A stretch of 64,000 bases of DNA from the NCBI GenBank assembly GCA_951406725.2, contig OX597815.1:148614001-148678000 (forward strand), read 5' to 3'. The notes under the pieces were generated by a model that worked only from the letters and a program-made list of their open reading frames with translations, made no database searches and was not told the origin of the DNA. Below are positions 26,640 through 40,906 of this stretch, piece by piece; the first letter of the stretch is position 1, and the number at the start of each line of letters is the position of its first letter. The stretch is from Octopus vulgaris. Taxonomy: Eukaryota. The translations under genes were made by a program, and so were the position numbers.

Positions 26640-26850
26640 TTTGTGTGTCTATGTTTGTCCCCTCAACATCGCTTGACAACTGATGATGTATCTACGTCTC
26701 TGTAACTTATCGGTTCGGCAAAAGAGACCCAAAGAATAAGTACTAGGCTTACAAAGAATAAGTCCTGGTGTCGATTTGCTCGACTAAAGGCGGTGCTCTA
26801 TCATGACCACAGATAAATGACTGAAACAACTAAAAGATTAAAAGAGTAAG
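26640..26850 (+). mobile_element. SINE family A, 3' half
   Basis: GCTTGACAAC...CGGTTCGGCAAAAGAGACC...AAGGCGGTGCTC...GACTGAAACAA. Confidence 0.85.
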
Positions 26851-27739
26851 AGAGAGATAGAGAGAGAGAGAGAGAGAGTATACATATTTATGTGTGTAGT
26901 ATATGCATACATATCTATGTGTGTCTGTGTATGTAGGCATGTACGTATGCATTTATAATTTGTTATGGTTGGTTCCTAATGTAAAACTTATTATGTATAC
27001 GTGTCTGAGCATGAACGTGCGATTTTGTGTGTATACTTGTGTGATGTCTGAACTGTATATCTGCTATCTGTGTATGCAAAGATAGGCAGCATTGAATCTT
27101 AGGTTTATAATATCGAAACAATATTTTCGTCTTCGACATCAGCAGTCTCTAAATATCGGAGAATGTGAAGGGAAGAAGATTTAATTCAAATTTATATCTA
27201 ATAACTTAATTATTTCGCCAGATAGATAAAATACATTTAGAAATTACCCGCGACGGGATTACAATATATACCGCAATGAGAATCACAAGCGATGCAACAA
27301 AATATGTTATGCGAAGACATCCTACAGGACCAACTTGAGACCTGTCATGAAAAGTAAATCTATGTTTTAATATGGCATCATAAACGAGAAATATAATTTG
27401 AGATAAAATTCAGTATATAGTTTTAAAACGATTATCGATATTAGTTCTAGAAATTATTCATATAGTATTCAAGGCTTTCAAAAATTTTAACTTACTAGTA
27501 TTGTTTGATGATTACTTTAGAAATTTCTTGTTGTGTCTTCAGTTTTTGAATGATTCCATTAATACTGCCTTTGATTAGACGCTAATTCTCAGCTGACGCA
27601 CAAGAACTAATTATATAATGAGGCATTCATTTGGAATACCATATGACTGGATATCAATAATAGTTGTTATTGTTATGAACTAAATAAACAAAATATTTTC
27701 ATAATTAATTTTTCTTATTAATATTGATTAATTCCTATC

Positions 27740-27761
27740 ATTATTATTATCATTATTATTA

Positions 27762-27838
<77 letters not shown>

Positions 27839-27843
27839 ATTAA

Positions 27844-27885
<42 letters not shown>
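27740..27885. repeat. (ATT)n microsatellite
   Basis: Directly visible. Confidence 0.95.
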
Positions 27886-27888
<3 letters not shown>

Positions 27889-27899
27889 ATTCTTTTAAT

Positions 27900-28325
27900 T
27901 TGCGTGTTTGTCCCAATCACTGGCCGAGGTACACCCAGCACTCTAGAGTGGATAGAGTGAAGGATAAGAGCTTTTACAGTGTCACTCAAAACTTGGGGAG
28001 AGAAAGTGGCAGGGGTACTAGCGAAATATAACTGCGTAATACATCACGTAAATCTAAATTCATAAGGCTTTTCTAAGGATGTGGGCAGTACATGACAGCA
28101 AAACCGTTTGGATAACTGAGAAACATGTTTCTCCTGGGATATTTTCTAGATGTTTCTGACATCCCTTTCATATCATACCAATGACACCCACAATAACAGG
28201 AACAATTTCCACTTTCAGAGGCCACATCATTTGTATTTCAATTTTCAGGTCCTTATAATTACTAAATTTTCAAATTCTTTTCTATTTTAATTTCCAGGTC
28301 CATATCTTTAGTTAATCTGTGAAAT
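27900..28325 (-). mobile_element. R4/Dong-type LINE 3' end (RLE C-terminus + UTR)
   Basis: YKDLKIEIQMMWPLKVEIVPVIVGVIGMI*KGCQKHLENIPGETCFSVIQTVLLSCTAHILRKAL*; flanked by ATT/AAT tracts. Confidence 0.88.
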
Positions 28326-28337
28326 TTATTATTATTG

Positions 28338-28409
<72 letters not shown>

Positions 28410-28531
28410 TGATGATAATAATAATAATATCTTCGTATTCTTATTGTTGCTGATATTATTGTCGTCATTATCATTATTATCATCACGTATTATTATTATT
28501 ATTTTTATTATTATTGTTGTTGTTGTTGTTG

Positions 28532-28616
<85 letters not shown>

Positions 28617-28619
28617 CGG

Positions 28620-29075
28620 CTTATTCATGGTAGGATTTATGTGAGTCGAGTATTATTACTTATAACTTAAGGCATCCACAAGATTTTGGCAGTTTTTCAA
28701 GCGCTTAAAACCCTCCTGATGATCCTTGCTATCCCTCAGAGACAAAGTTTCTCTTGCAGCTATACCGGACATTCTATTCCAGTCGCGTACAGCCATTTGT
28801 CAAAATCTTTGCTTACCAATCATTAAAGGCGCGCCAATCATTAAAGACGAAACCTTTACAGGTCTCATTCTAAACTCTTCCCATTTCAAATTTATGTTTC
28901 TTTGCCGTCCTTTTTCTTTTCCATCCTGGAATCAAACGGGCATGATGGGTCGATTATTTGCTTTTCGTTATCTATAATTGAATGTCCTGTGTATTATTTT
29001 CTAACTTCTTGTCAGTGTGAATAGGGAATTCCCATAAAAGCTTACATTTCATCAAATCTTTCGACTCGAGCATTG
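28620..29075 (-). mobile_element. Second-family RLE LINE 3' fragment
   Basis: KLLWEFPIHTDKKLENNTQDI and GIARIIRRVLSA* match RLE-domain and C-terminal motifs; bounded by (ATT)n on both sides. Confidence 0.7.
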
Positions 29076-29100
29076 CATATTATTATTATTATTATTATTA

Positions 29101-29147
<47 letters not shown>

Positions 29148-29214
29148 ATTATTATTATTATTATCATTATTATTATTATTATTTTTTTTTTATCATTATT
29201 ATTATTATTATCAT

Positions 29215-29266
<52 letters not shown>

Positions 29267-29277
29267 GTTATTGTGAT

Positions 29278-29510
29278 GGTGGTGAGCTGCGAGAATCCTT
29301 TGCAAGCCGCGCAAAATGCCGTGCAGCGTTTCACCAGTCATTACGTTCTGAGTTCAAATGCTGCCGAGCTCGACTTTGTCTTTCATCATTTCAGAGTCTT
29401 TCATCATCTCATCATTTCATTAAGTACCTGTGAAACACCGGCGTCGATGTAATCGACTAATCCTTTCCCACCAACTTTCAGGCCTCGTGCCTTTAGTAAG
29501 AATGCTCATT
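29278..29510 (+). mobile_element. SINE family C
   Basis: GGTGGTGAGCTG...TACGTTCTGAGTTCAAATGCTGCCGAGCTCGACTTTG...GTCGATGTAATCGACT...AGGCCTCGTGCCT. Confidence 0.8.
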
Positions 29511-29907
29511 ATTATTAATATCATTTTAGAACGAATGAACAATGCGAGTAAAAATAATTTCAATAAGAAATATAATTAGAACAACAAACCAAAACATTTG
29601 TCAAACAGAGAATTTCACAATTAATTTTCATTTAATTATGCTCTGCTTAAGTAAATATTCAACTGTATCAATTACAAATATATAAACAATGTTATTAAAT
29701 GGTTATTTCAATGACTTACATAATATTTATTATGTTTCCAATGAATACATATATATGAACACTTTTTCTATATAATTGTACAAAGATGTATCTATAGATG
29801 GGCTTTCACTGATTTTGAATTAAAGAAGATAGCAATTTAAATCCTTTAAATATTCTAGTGTACATCACAGCTTGTATTTTTGTGTGTGTATGTATACACG
29901 CGCGCCC

Positions 29908-29974
<67 letters not shown>

Positions 29975-30240
29975 TATATGTATGTGTGTGTATGTATGCA
30001 TTTATATATGTATTCGGAAATATATATAATCAATGAGATACATACTATTTGCAGCAACAGTCTCAACTACCTCAATTCACACAGTGTAAAATACGTATGT
30101 ACACACATACAAAATCTAATCTCCGACACACACACACATACACACATACACACACGCGCACACACACCATAAACGCACGTTCACACATACACAATACAAG
30201 ACGTTATGCGCGTTTGGGCGTGGGTGCGCGCCCGGCAAAA

Positions 30241-30362
30241 GCGAGAGAATTTTTCGAGAAAAGTTTTGGGCCTTCAAGACTTTTGAGCCTTGAAGTTTTG
30301 AACCTTCATCAGAAGTCTTGTACTAGGTTTTTGAGGCTCAAGACTTTTCATACACCCCTGGT
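30241..30362. mobile_element. Possible tiny Tc1/mariner-derived MITE remnant
   Basis: GAAAAGTTTTGGGCCT at left vs inverted GAAAAGTCTTGAGCCT with a CAGGGGTGTA terminus at right; internal palindrome. Confidence 0.3.
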
Positions 30363-30950
30363 ATAACACCTTAAAATATATAAGACTAAAGTCGCGTGGT
30401 TCAAGTCCAACTGTATCAGACAACACTGCACAACTCAAGGATAGGGGATTTCAATATCGGTATTTACACAGAAGAATATGCCGATGACTCAATAGTGTGT
30501 ATCAACCGAATTATTTCTCTAAATATCGGTTCTCCCTATTTGCTGCGATGCATAATATCGTGGCAAAATTAAACATTTTAAACGCAATAATTTATTTGTC
30601 ATAAAGCAAAAACTGAAAGACATAAAAGAAAAAATATATATGTGTGTGAGTGTGCGCGCGTGTGTGTATGTGTGTGTGTGTGTATTTTTGTCGGTGTGGG
30701 TGGGTGTTGGTGTAGGTGTCTGTTTGTGTGTGTTAGTGGAAAATGTTTGGTCCCTAACTTCGAAATTGCAATAGTGGATTAACATTTTATTTTAAAGTTT
30801 TGAATTTTATGTCATGTCGCTCGCCGACAGCCTTTGGTGCGTACAGTGTTTATAGTAGTTTTATAGCAGTTTTGACTTCTATTTATATACATGTGAGGGT
30901 TTTTGCAACCCTCTCCGTTATAATTATGTTTTATTTACAATTATACACTT

Positions 30951-31017
<67 letters not shown>

Positions 31018-31659
31018 GTATATATATGTATATATATATATATCATATATATTTATGTATATAGGTATGTATATGTCATAAATACAATACTATTTCATAA
31101 TGGTATAAATGCAACATACATATATGCATAAAAGGAGAAAGGAATAGAGAACTGTTATACATTACAAATTTTGGGGATCTAAAAATTTAGGAGGTTTAAA
31201 TTATCATTAGCGGAATGTATGAGAAGCCAGTTGATCGAAGAACTTCACGTAAAAAATAAAGGATCGCGTGTCATTTATAACGCATATGAATGTCCAGTTG
31301 CATTTATATTCAAGAATTATAGTTACATTGCTTCAGACAGCATGACCCAGCAGACATTATTAATGCAATTTACAGTCATAAAACTGTGGAGGAATTTTAT
31401 GAAGTGCCATAATGAAATAGTAATGAGATATGACAACTTGAAACCACTTAAAATGTCTTTAAAATAGAGACAAATATCAAATTGTATTCACACCCTTTAG
31501 TGAAAACGTCAGAATATTATCAGTAAAATAATTAATTTGGAAGATTTCATTAAATTTATTGACATCATGCAAATTGTAATGGAATACGTATATAAATATG
31601 AAATGAGACATTGTGTATGATAACTGAAATCCACGTGTTTTTACTAATCCCTATGTTTA

Positions 31660-31842
31660 ATATTGCTTTCAGATTTTCGCACGAACCCAGCATTATCGGG
31701 GTATGGGTCAAGTCAATAACTTCGACTGCGAATAGGTGAATTGCAAAGTCGACCCGGTGGTGGAATTTGGACTGTAACCGTAAAGATGTAAGAAATTCTG
31801 CTGAGCATTTTGTGTCAGGTACAGTAACGAATCTGTAAGCTT
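31660..31842 (-). mobile_element. Old SINE family C copy
   Basis: GCAAAGTCGACCCGG..GGAATTTGGACT...GCTGAGCATTTTG...AACGAATCTG. Confidence 0.55.
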
Positions 31843-31937
31843 CTTGTCTTCCTTAAGTTTAATATTATATTTGTTTGTATTCCTAACATTATTACTAATA
31901 TTTGGCGCACAGAACAAAGTACCAGTGATATGTACAA

Positions 31938-31939
<2 letters not shown>

Positions 31940-32026
<87 letters not shown>

Positions 32027-32075
32027 TTATTATTACTATTATTATTATTTTTATTATTATTATTACTATTACTAA

Positions 32076-32140
<65 letters not shown>

Positions 32141-32159
32141 TTATTACTATTACTACTAC

Positions 32160-32214
<55 letters not shown>

Positions 32215-32215
32215 T
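31940..32215. repeat. (ATT)n microsatellite
   Basis: Directly visible. Confidence 0.95.
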
Positions 32216-33603
32216 TGTTTTCCTCAATAGAATCTTCATAATATAAGAGCAGTGGTGGTTAGTAATCCTATTTGTGGGATCGCGCATCATTTGCTTATGT
32301 GAAGCTTATTACTACGGAAGTGGTCTCAAAATAAAACAATAAATATAATGGTTCTGAGAACGAAATGCAAAACCAACGAATCTGCTCAAACAATGTGGTC
32401 TATGGGCTTAAAATTATTTTTAACATGTACAATATGTAGCTATGAATTCGTAAGAGATTTTAAGGACCCATTTATCATTAGTGACACAGATGCAGACACA
32501 AAAGCATACATACACATATTACTCACACATGCATATATATTTGTCGGTGGTGAAGGTCATTCCTGCGTGTGCATTGTACTTAATATCACATTAGTGAGGT
32601 TATTTGATACTGCAAACGCTCATTGGAAGGGCATTAAGCTCTTGAGCAGACGACATGATACGACTGGAAGTCGTGTATATATCACATGTTGTTCTGAAAT
32701 GATGTGTAACCACGTATACGATTCTTCCTACATTTACACGAGAATGTATGTAAACTACATGTACCATTATAAAACAACATTTTTGTTTATAAATGTAATT
32801 ATGTTTCCATATTTCGTATTTAGATAGATCCTGAAAGCACTCCTAAGATATAATTTGAACTTATTCTCTACGAAAATAACTTTTAGTTATTTTCCGTTCA
32901 CCACACAGAGGCATGTAGCTCTTATATGTAAACTGTTGTTTTTGTATCAATTCCATGTTGTTTATACATACGACTTTCTGCTCAGATTAATTTATGATAC
33001 ATATTTTACACTAATACTGCTTGTATTATATATAAAAGATGTTTTATTCAGCTGAGCGGCTGACCGCACTGAAAATATATCGGTGGTTACAAGTCTCATC
33101 TAAGCGTGCAGTACAGACTACTGACAACACCCATATAGGCAGAAGTGTATCTGGTGAACTCGCTAGCCAATGCTGAAATATTTTCCTCTCTGTCCGAGAA
33201 ATATTTTGCATTATAAACACGCCCCTTACGTAAAAGATATTGTTCCGGTCGTGTACCACACTAAATTTTAATTTCAACGAAGCGTTTACATTACGTATGA
33301 TACACATATACTTATTTTAATCTAATACTGCGACTCTAGTAAATATGAAGTTCAAATTGAGGAAAATACTGTAAAAAGTACCTGATAACTAGGATCATCC
33401 ATAAGGTAAATGTTTTTCTGAACATGCTGCAAAATGGTTTCCGAAGCCGATGGAATTATATTAATTTGTAATCAATTTAATTCAGTCGAACAGACCAAGA
33501 ATGGACATAGTCTGACAAATACCAGTTGCTGCTCTTTCAAATTTATGTCGAGTACGTGTGTATGTATATATGTATGTATCTCTCTTCTCTCTCTCTTTCT
33601 CTG

Positions 33604-33638
<35 letters not shown>

Positions 33639-33640
33639 GC

Positions 33641-33677
<37 letters not shown>

Positions 33678-33736
33678 GAAGAATCAGGTCAGTCCGGTAT
33701 TATACGCTCAGTTCGAAGTAAGGTAGATAAAATTTA

Positions 33737-33905
33737 AATAAGCAACAGGATATCAAGAAATGGTACAGCACAACCGTTTCAAGCGGCTCCATTTAATTGA
33801 CCAATGCAATTATTAATCAATTTAAATGATGTAATGATGCTCAATTAAATGGAGCCGCTTTGAGCGGTCGTATTGCATCACTTCTTGATATCCTGTTGTT
33901 TATTT
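33737..33905. repeat. Inverted repeat, arms of about 64 bp, 40-bp spacer
   Basis: 33737-33800 vs reverse complement of 33841-33905; about 10 differences, mostly transitions. Confidence 0.9.
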
Positions 33906-35392
33906 TCATTATATGTGTCTATATAAAGCTTTACAAACACACACACATATATAGACAAACGCTTATAATCTCATGTACTGATGTATCACACTTAGTGAAA
34001 TACTGGACTGTTTAGTGTACCTTTTGCAAGTGTAGACTTAATCCACCGTTTAATTTACTACCACCATGTGACATGTACACTGCTCTTGAGCGGAATCTAC
34101 TCTTATACAAGTTGTCAAGTTATGACTTCAATTTGGTGATAGCTTGGGTCATTTTTAACTCCATACGTGGAAACCCTCCAATGTTACGACGATTATAGGC
34201 TGGCTGCGTGAGTGAATAAACCATGACAACATAGTATTATGTTAACACATTTGCCTTCGAAATCAGAGTCATTCTACAGTCTATAACACTACCTAATGAT
34301 TTTGATTGGGAAACCCCAATATTAGATCCACTGGATTGCATATACAATGTGTGCGCTTTCTATACAATAAAACTCTGTAGACGTCAATTCTGTATTTTGT
34401 GTCTTACAATAAAAAAATAAATCTATATTTTCTATTTGGATATATTATTACTGTCTATGATAGATAGTTTTATCGAATTATTTTCTTGTTGTTATTGCAG
34501 ATATCTTTTTTCTTCTTGAGTGTATTAAGTTTCCGCAGGGAAAACCGTTATCGATTTTATTTGCTCAAATATTTCAAGCACAAGGTTATTGCAACAGTGA
34601 AGATTTGTGTCTTGAGAATTGAAGATTCTGTGGTATTTCTCATTCTCATTTTATTTTCTGTGTCACTTATATAGTTCTGCTCTGACGTTTATTGGCCAAA
34701 ATTATATGGACCTGCTGTCGTTAGAATGTATTATGTTAAGGTATTTATGTCACTAGTTTTGCGTTTAAGGAATATCGCAAAATATACGGCAGAGAAGTGT
34801 GAGAGACTACGATTTGGAGAAAAACATTAACGAGTGAATTACACTTCACATATCCGTTCAGTCTCTGTAAATTTGCCTTGTAGCTTCACAAAGGATTTGT
34901 TGTAGCACATCGTAATTTATTTGTCGTCAGATTTCATCTACAATTTAGTCCGAATGGTGTCTTCTGAAATATACTAAATGCACATTTACTATAATGGTTG
35001 CGGGGAAGAAGCAGATAGAGATTTTGCAATGGCAGCAATTTTTAGTAACTTTGAGATGGTAAAGGTGGCCCATCTTTAATGAATCTACTCTGGATATGTG
35101 CATGTAAGCCATGGAGATGATGTTTCCTTACACTTTTCATAGAATCTGATGGCGGTTCATCATTTGTAATTTATCTACACACATAAAATCACTCCGTATA
35201 TATTGTTGAAATGTTACTGCGTATTGTTGCAGACACTGTGTCGACTACAATATGTAAAAATGATTTGGTGTCATTATTTAAATGTTCAAATGTGAAACAG
35301 GTTGAATAATGAAGTGGAGCTGTCGGGTAGCTGTCTTGATTGTTAGACAGCAGAACACGGTGATTCTCAATGTCTTGCTAGCTTCGCTAAAG

Positions 35393-35547
35393 CTTATTAT
35401 ATTTCGTTTTCGGATTTGGTTTGCAAGGTTCTTTATATGGGTTCATGTGTTGAAGTATATTCTGTTGTGTCAGGGGAGAGTATGCTTCAACAGACGAGCT
35501 CATATAAAGAATCATGCAAACCAAATCCCAAAACGAAATATAATAAG
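35393..35547 (+). repeat. Long hairpin (71-bp arms, 13-nt loop); candidate pre-miRNA/hpRNA
   Basis: 35393-35463 pairs with 35477-35547; the inverted repeat is clear, any function is inferred. Confidence 0.85.
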
Positions 35548-37134
35548 GTTTAGGTTGAATAATAGAATACACTAATTCTCTAGCGTTTTACAAGCTGAGT
35601 AATTAATTGTTAATAAGTCAGGTGCTCTAAACCTATGTTTCTAAGTTCTATCATGTGTCAGTGCAACATATCGTGACATGTTATATTCATCCATGCTTCA
35701 CGTCAAAAGATTGTATATTTCCGCAGTAAATAGAAAACTGTCGTGTTGCGTTTTCCAGCTAAGGCGAGGGCCATATTCTATATCTGTTCATAAGTGTATT
35801 CCTCATCCAGTCTTCCGAAGATTTGATACACTTATGGTCATAGGATGATGGAGTTCAAAAAGACAGAAACTTATTTTTTATTGACAAGCTTATATCCACA
35901 TAGAAACATTACTCAATCAATGTCTGGTAATATATTTGAAAAGTTTGGATTATTATCTCCAATACAAATTGCATCTCGAAGTCTCTGAGCAGTAGTACTT
36001 TATGCAAGAGATATTGTTTTTCACAATTACATCTCCATGTCCGACAAAATAGATAACGCATGGCTTTAAATATCTGCAAACCTTATGTTTTTTCTCCCAC
36101 ATAATTATGGCAACAGTTCGTTCAGTGGAGCAGATTATTGTTGAAATGACATCACATGACGCTTTTAATCTCTATTAATGCATTGTAGGCCTGGGCGGCG
36201 TGCTCATACGCTAGTTGACTTGAAACTGTGCATACGGTGATGGAGATCTGTGCAGTGTATCAAATAGTTTGGATAAGCAGGCGTTCTGCAGCAGCGGCAA
36301 ATGATGATGGGTGATCAGTACACAGTTACTCACAGACTTGCCGGCAACCGTGAAGATTGCACGATATAATATATGAGAAGAAACATTAAAAATAAATCAT
36401 GTGCAGGGTATAGTGTTTCATCCGGCCTATTTCAAGATAATATGGCTGGGAATTACAGCGTACAACAGTTTTAAGAACACACATTTAAAGCATCCTCTCT
36501 TGTAAATTGAATGACAAATGTACTTCTCTCAATCCACACGATGCCTGCCTATAGCAAAGATGTCTCAGAATCTAGTTTACACAAGCTCAACCGTGATTGG
36601 AGAAATGGTCAGCTACATGACACTCTGAATGGAGATGTAATCGTAAAACAAAAGTCTGGGGCAATACAAGATGTATCTCAATAAGCAGTGAGCTGAGACT
36701 CGCACCTAACAGGATTATGGAATATCTGAAAATGTAAACATATCTGAAGGGATTTGTGAACTTTTATATCTCTCTTCCAAAACATGATACTGATGAATAT
36801 CTATATCAGAATAATTAAAGATGTCCAGCTAAAGTCTGACGATACGTGTAATGTGGAGACTGTATCTGATGCTAAAAGATACTGCCAATTATACAACATA
36901 AATTTTAAAGTCTCTTTACACCATTGCTGTTCCACCTCATAGCCTACAATTGAAAGCAGTCTCAAACATTATTCACTTAGTATATTTTTCTGCATAAAAC
37001 CTCCATAACACTAAATCAGTGTCTTTCATACACTTTCATGTCGCACGTCCACGAAATCTGAATTATGAATTATTATACTAACAAAAGATGGTTTTTTCTA
37101 TGAAATGTACCCCGTCGCATATGTATTCTTTTTC

Positions 37135-37371
37135 TTTAATTCCTTTACTTCAGTCATTTAACTGCAGTCATGATGGAGCATCGCCTTTAGTTGAGCAAAG
37201 CGAACCTAGGACTTATATTTTGTCAGCCTAGTATTTATTGTTAGTTCTTTTACCGAACCGCTAAGTTACGGTGACGTAAACTCACCAACATCGATTGTCA
37301 AGCGATGGCGGGAAGAGAAACACAATCACAAGAATAAACACACACGCGCACACACACACTCACACACACAA

Positions 37372-37420
<49 letters not shown>

Positions 37421-38182
37421 ATAGAAATATTAAAATTACTAAGTCTCTATAAGAATGCCATATTAATATGGTGATAACAATTAATATATATATATATATA
37501 TTTTATATATTGGCCTGCTCGCTTAGCCAGCGGGCTGGCGTCATTCGAAGGCTAAAACAATGCGAACGCATTGTGACCAGCGATGTGTAACAACATCTGA
37601 TGGTCCGGTCGGTCACGTGATCATGTGAGATATATATATATATATATATAAATAAGGAAAAGATCATTAATTTAAAATAAAATAACGATTTTATCAAGTG
37701 CTCAGCATGGAAAAAATAACATTCAAAGGTAATAATTATTAAAATTATAAATGTGGGTATCTACGAGATACCACCATGCTGAAAATAGCAGCCATGATCT
37801 GACTCTAAGACCACCTTAATTGTCCATATATCAACACTGAGAGAAAACAAAGAGACAAGATGAAACAGAAATCCAGGATCTAGAATTATCCAGTAATTTT
37901 TTACTAGTTCCATCTTGTCTCTTTGTTTTCACTCCGTGTTGATATATGGACAATTAAGGTGGATTTAGAGTCAGATCATTGCTGCTATTTTCAGCATGGT
38001 GGTATCTTGTAGATACCTTAATTTATAATTTTAACAATTATTTTATATATATACAAGCATACAGAACGGGCTTCTTTCAGTTTCCGTCTACCAATACTAC
38101 TCATAAGGCTTTGGTCGAGCCAAGGCTATAGTAGAAGACAATTTCCAAAGGTACCACGCACTAGGACTCAACTCGGAACCAT
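37135..38182 (-). mobile_element. SINE family A split by insertions in its internal microsatellite (3' half 37135-37330, 5' half 38060-38182)
   Basis: Both halves match family A, on the same strand and in the correct order. Confidence 0.75.
37731..38042. repeat. Inverted repeat, arms of about 134 bp, 43-bp spacer (fold-back/MITE-like)
   Basis: 37731-37864 vs reverse complement of 37908-38042; roughly 11 differences. Confidence 0.92.
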
Positions 38183-40721
38183 ACTTTCCAGTGATACGGT
38201 CTTTTCTACCTTCATGGAGGTATATTGAAGGACAGTATCTCAGTGTTGGAGGATGTGAAAGGAAAAGAATTACTTCTTTCATAATAACACGTTTTGTGAA
38301 TGATTTGTTTTTTGGGTAAGCTGATTATGTTTCAACAGAGCATAAAGCCATACCGAAAAATGATGTGTACATCGGATCTCTTGTAGAATAGAACAATTGA
38401 CGAATAGTATTCCATGTTTCATACCAGTTGTGAATCAAAGTTTAATAAGAAACAATTCAAAGTAAAATATAGTTATATTTTCTTAATTTCCCAAATTAAA
38501 ATTATCAATAAGCACAAACATCAAAGCTTTACTAAACTAAACAATACTACTTTGTACTTTTTACTGAAGTGCAATAAAAATACTGTATACGCAAATTTCA
38601 TTTGTACACAGATTTCTACATAAATGCTTAGTTGAACTTTGAAAATCAACAAATAAGTTTCCCTTATATTTCAATTACGGGAACAGCAAGTAGGTTGTAG
38701 AGTTGCTGTGTAATTCAGGTTTAGTACAACACGGATAAGATATTTTGTATTAAAAATGAACTACAGGCATTAAGATCAATGTACATATTGACTAAAATAG
38801 TTTTTTTGATGACTGAAGGAAGATAATGTCTTTCACCAAAATGATTCCAGAATAAATGCATGTAAAATAACTATATATAAAATGAAATGCAAACGTAAAA
38901 GTAGAAGTTATAAAAAAATCTATGAGGCAGAATATAAGGAGTGAAGGAAAGGGAAATATCTCATCGTTATTTCTAGATGGAAACAATATTATGAAAAGTG
39001 TTGAGTAAATGTGACACCGGGGAAATTAATGTCAGAGTTTGAAATGTTTTAAAAAAATATTTCTTCATATCAAGTAAATTTTTATATTTCTTGGCCTGTA
39101 TTTGCTAATTTTGTTTCATTCGAATTGTATGGAAATATTTTTCTTATTTCCTTCTTCAGTAAATTAAAAGTATTAACACATTATATAAATTCCCCCGTAG
39201 CCATTAGGTTAGAATTTAAGAAATGATATTAATGTCTTTAATAGCTATCTTAATTTTTCTTCCTAATTTAATTAATATTATGTTTTACTGTCCTTGATTT
39301 TATATGTCAAAATTTTCACGAAGTCGCGAGTTGTTTGATAAATAATTGTATCCATAATGTTTAATTGCACAAAGTTAGTGAACTATAATTTTAGCAGTAT
39401 ATATATATATATCAATAACAACATTATAGGATATGTAAATGTTTTATAAAATATTCAATGCATTCAATTTTTAACTCTTATGGGAGCAATGCATAAAAGT
39501 AGATAGGGATTAAATCCATTTTAATATATATTTCAATTTCATCCTTAATATTTCTTGTATATCGTATGTTTCAATAACTATTAATCCCTCAGCGTAGTGA
39601 ATCGGCCGAACCAGTAGAGAATGAAAACATAAACTATTTAGTTTCGTTTCGGAAACAAATTGCTTTCATACCCCACAGTAAGACACTTACCCTGAATCGT
39701 ATCCTTATACCTGGTACGGTAGTAAGCTAGCATGATTTCAAGTTTTGGATAGTGACCACGCATGATTATGCAGTGAATATGCTCTCTTGTAAAATGTATT
39801 CCACTAAGAGGAATGATGTTAGCGGCAAAGTGGTATTATTATCTCTTGAATTCAGCCACATTTGCAGTCTTCCCTTAGTTTCAATGAATGATTGATGAAT
39901 GAATTCCTTCAATAAATAGTGAGATATATAATCGAAATGTGGCGCAACTGCTGCTTGAATGGATGCATGTGTCCATAAGAAAGGCAGTTTCGAATTTTCT
40001 TAAGACTGAGACCTACTAATGAAACACACCATCGATAAGTATCGCCTATCAATTACACATAGAGCAACAGCTAATCAAATTCCTTTATATGGTCACATAC
40101 TTTAGTATTAAACAGCTTTAGTTCGGAAATTTTATTTAAGCAAAGACTTAGTTAAATGATAAAGTTTGCTTTGTTACTACTGATATAAATCACATAATAT
40201 TCTCTCAAAATATTCACTAAATACATTACAGATTTGCGTATGGAGAAGGATCAAATAAACGATTGCTTGGATTGTGTTGATCCTTTTAACACAGGGCGAT
40301 GTCACATTTAAAGCAGCTAGCCTAGAAGATAACCAGGATTATATTGGGAAAATCTGTTCTCCTCTGCTTTCCTTTGTACAATGATAAAATTGCGATTAAC
40401 GTGAACCGGGCTATCGTGCTAGTCATGCTTATACGTTGAGACTGACCAGATATTGATCAGCGTTGAGAATAATCTGGCAATATGCTATATTGTTTTATAA
40501 TGATGAATACTTCATGCTTATAAATACAAATGAGGGAAGAATGAAGTTGTTAATAAAATATTTAGATTTCGTATATTGAAACAATATATAAAATGTACAG
40601 ATTGAAAAGCAAATAGCAAACACACACACACACACACACGCAGAAACAAATGCAGACACAAAGATGTACAAACACACACAAACACACTTATACACGCATA
40701 AACACACTTATATGTGAATAT

Positions 40722-40758
40722 AGATAGATAGCCAGCCAGCCAGACAGACAGAGAAACG

Positions 40759-40798
<40 letters not shown>

Positions 40799-40813
40799 TA
40801 CAGACATACAGAC

Positions 40814-40905
<92 letters not shown>
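40722..40905. repeat. (CAGA)n(TAGA)n microsatellite
   Basis: Directly visible. Confidence 0.95.

Positions 40906-40906
<1 letters not shown>

Noticed and set aside
32348-32827. 159-aa ORF
   Set aside because: No recognisable domain, AT-rich composition with simple-repeat-derived segments, and no splice support.
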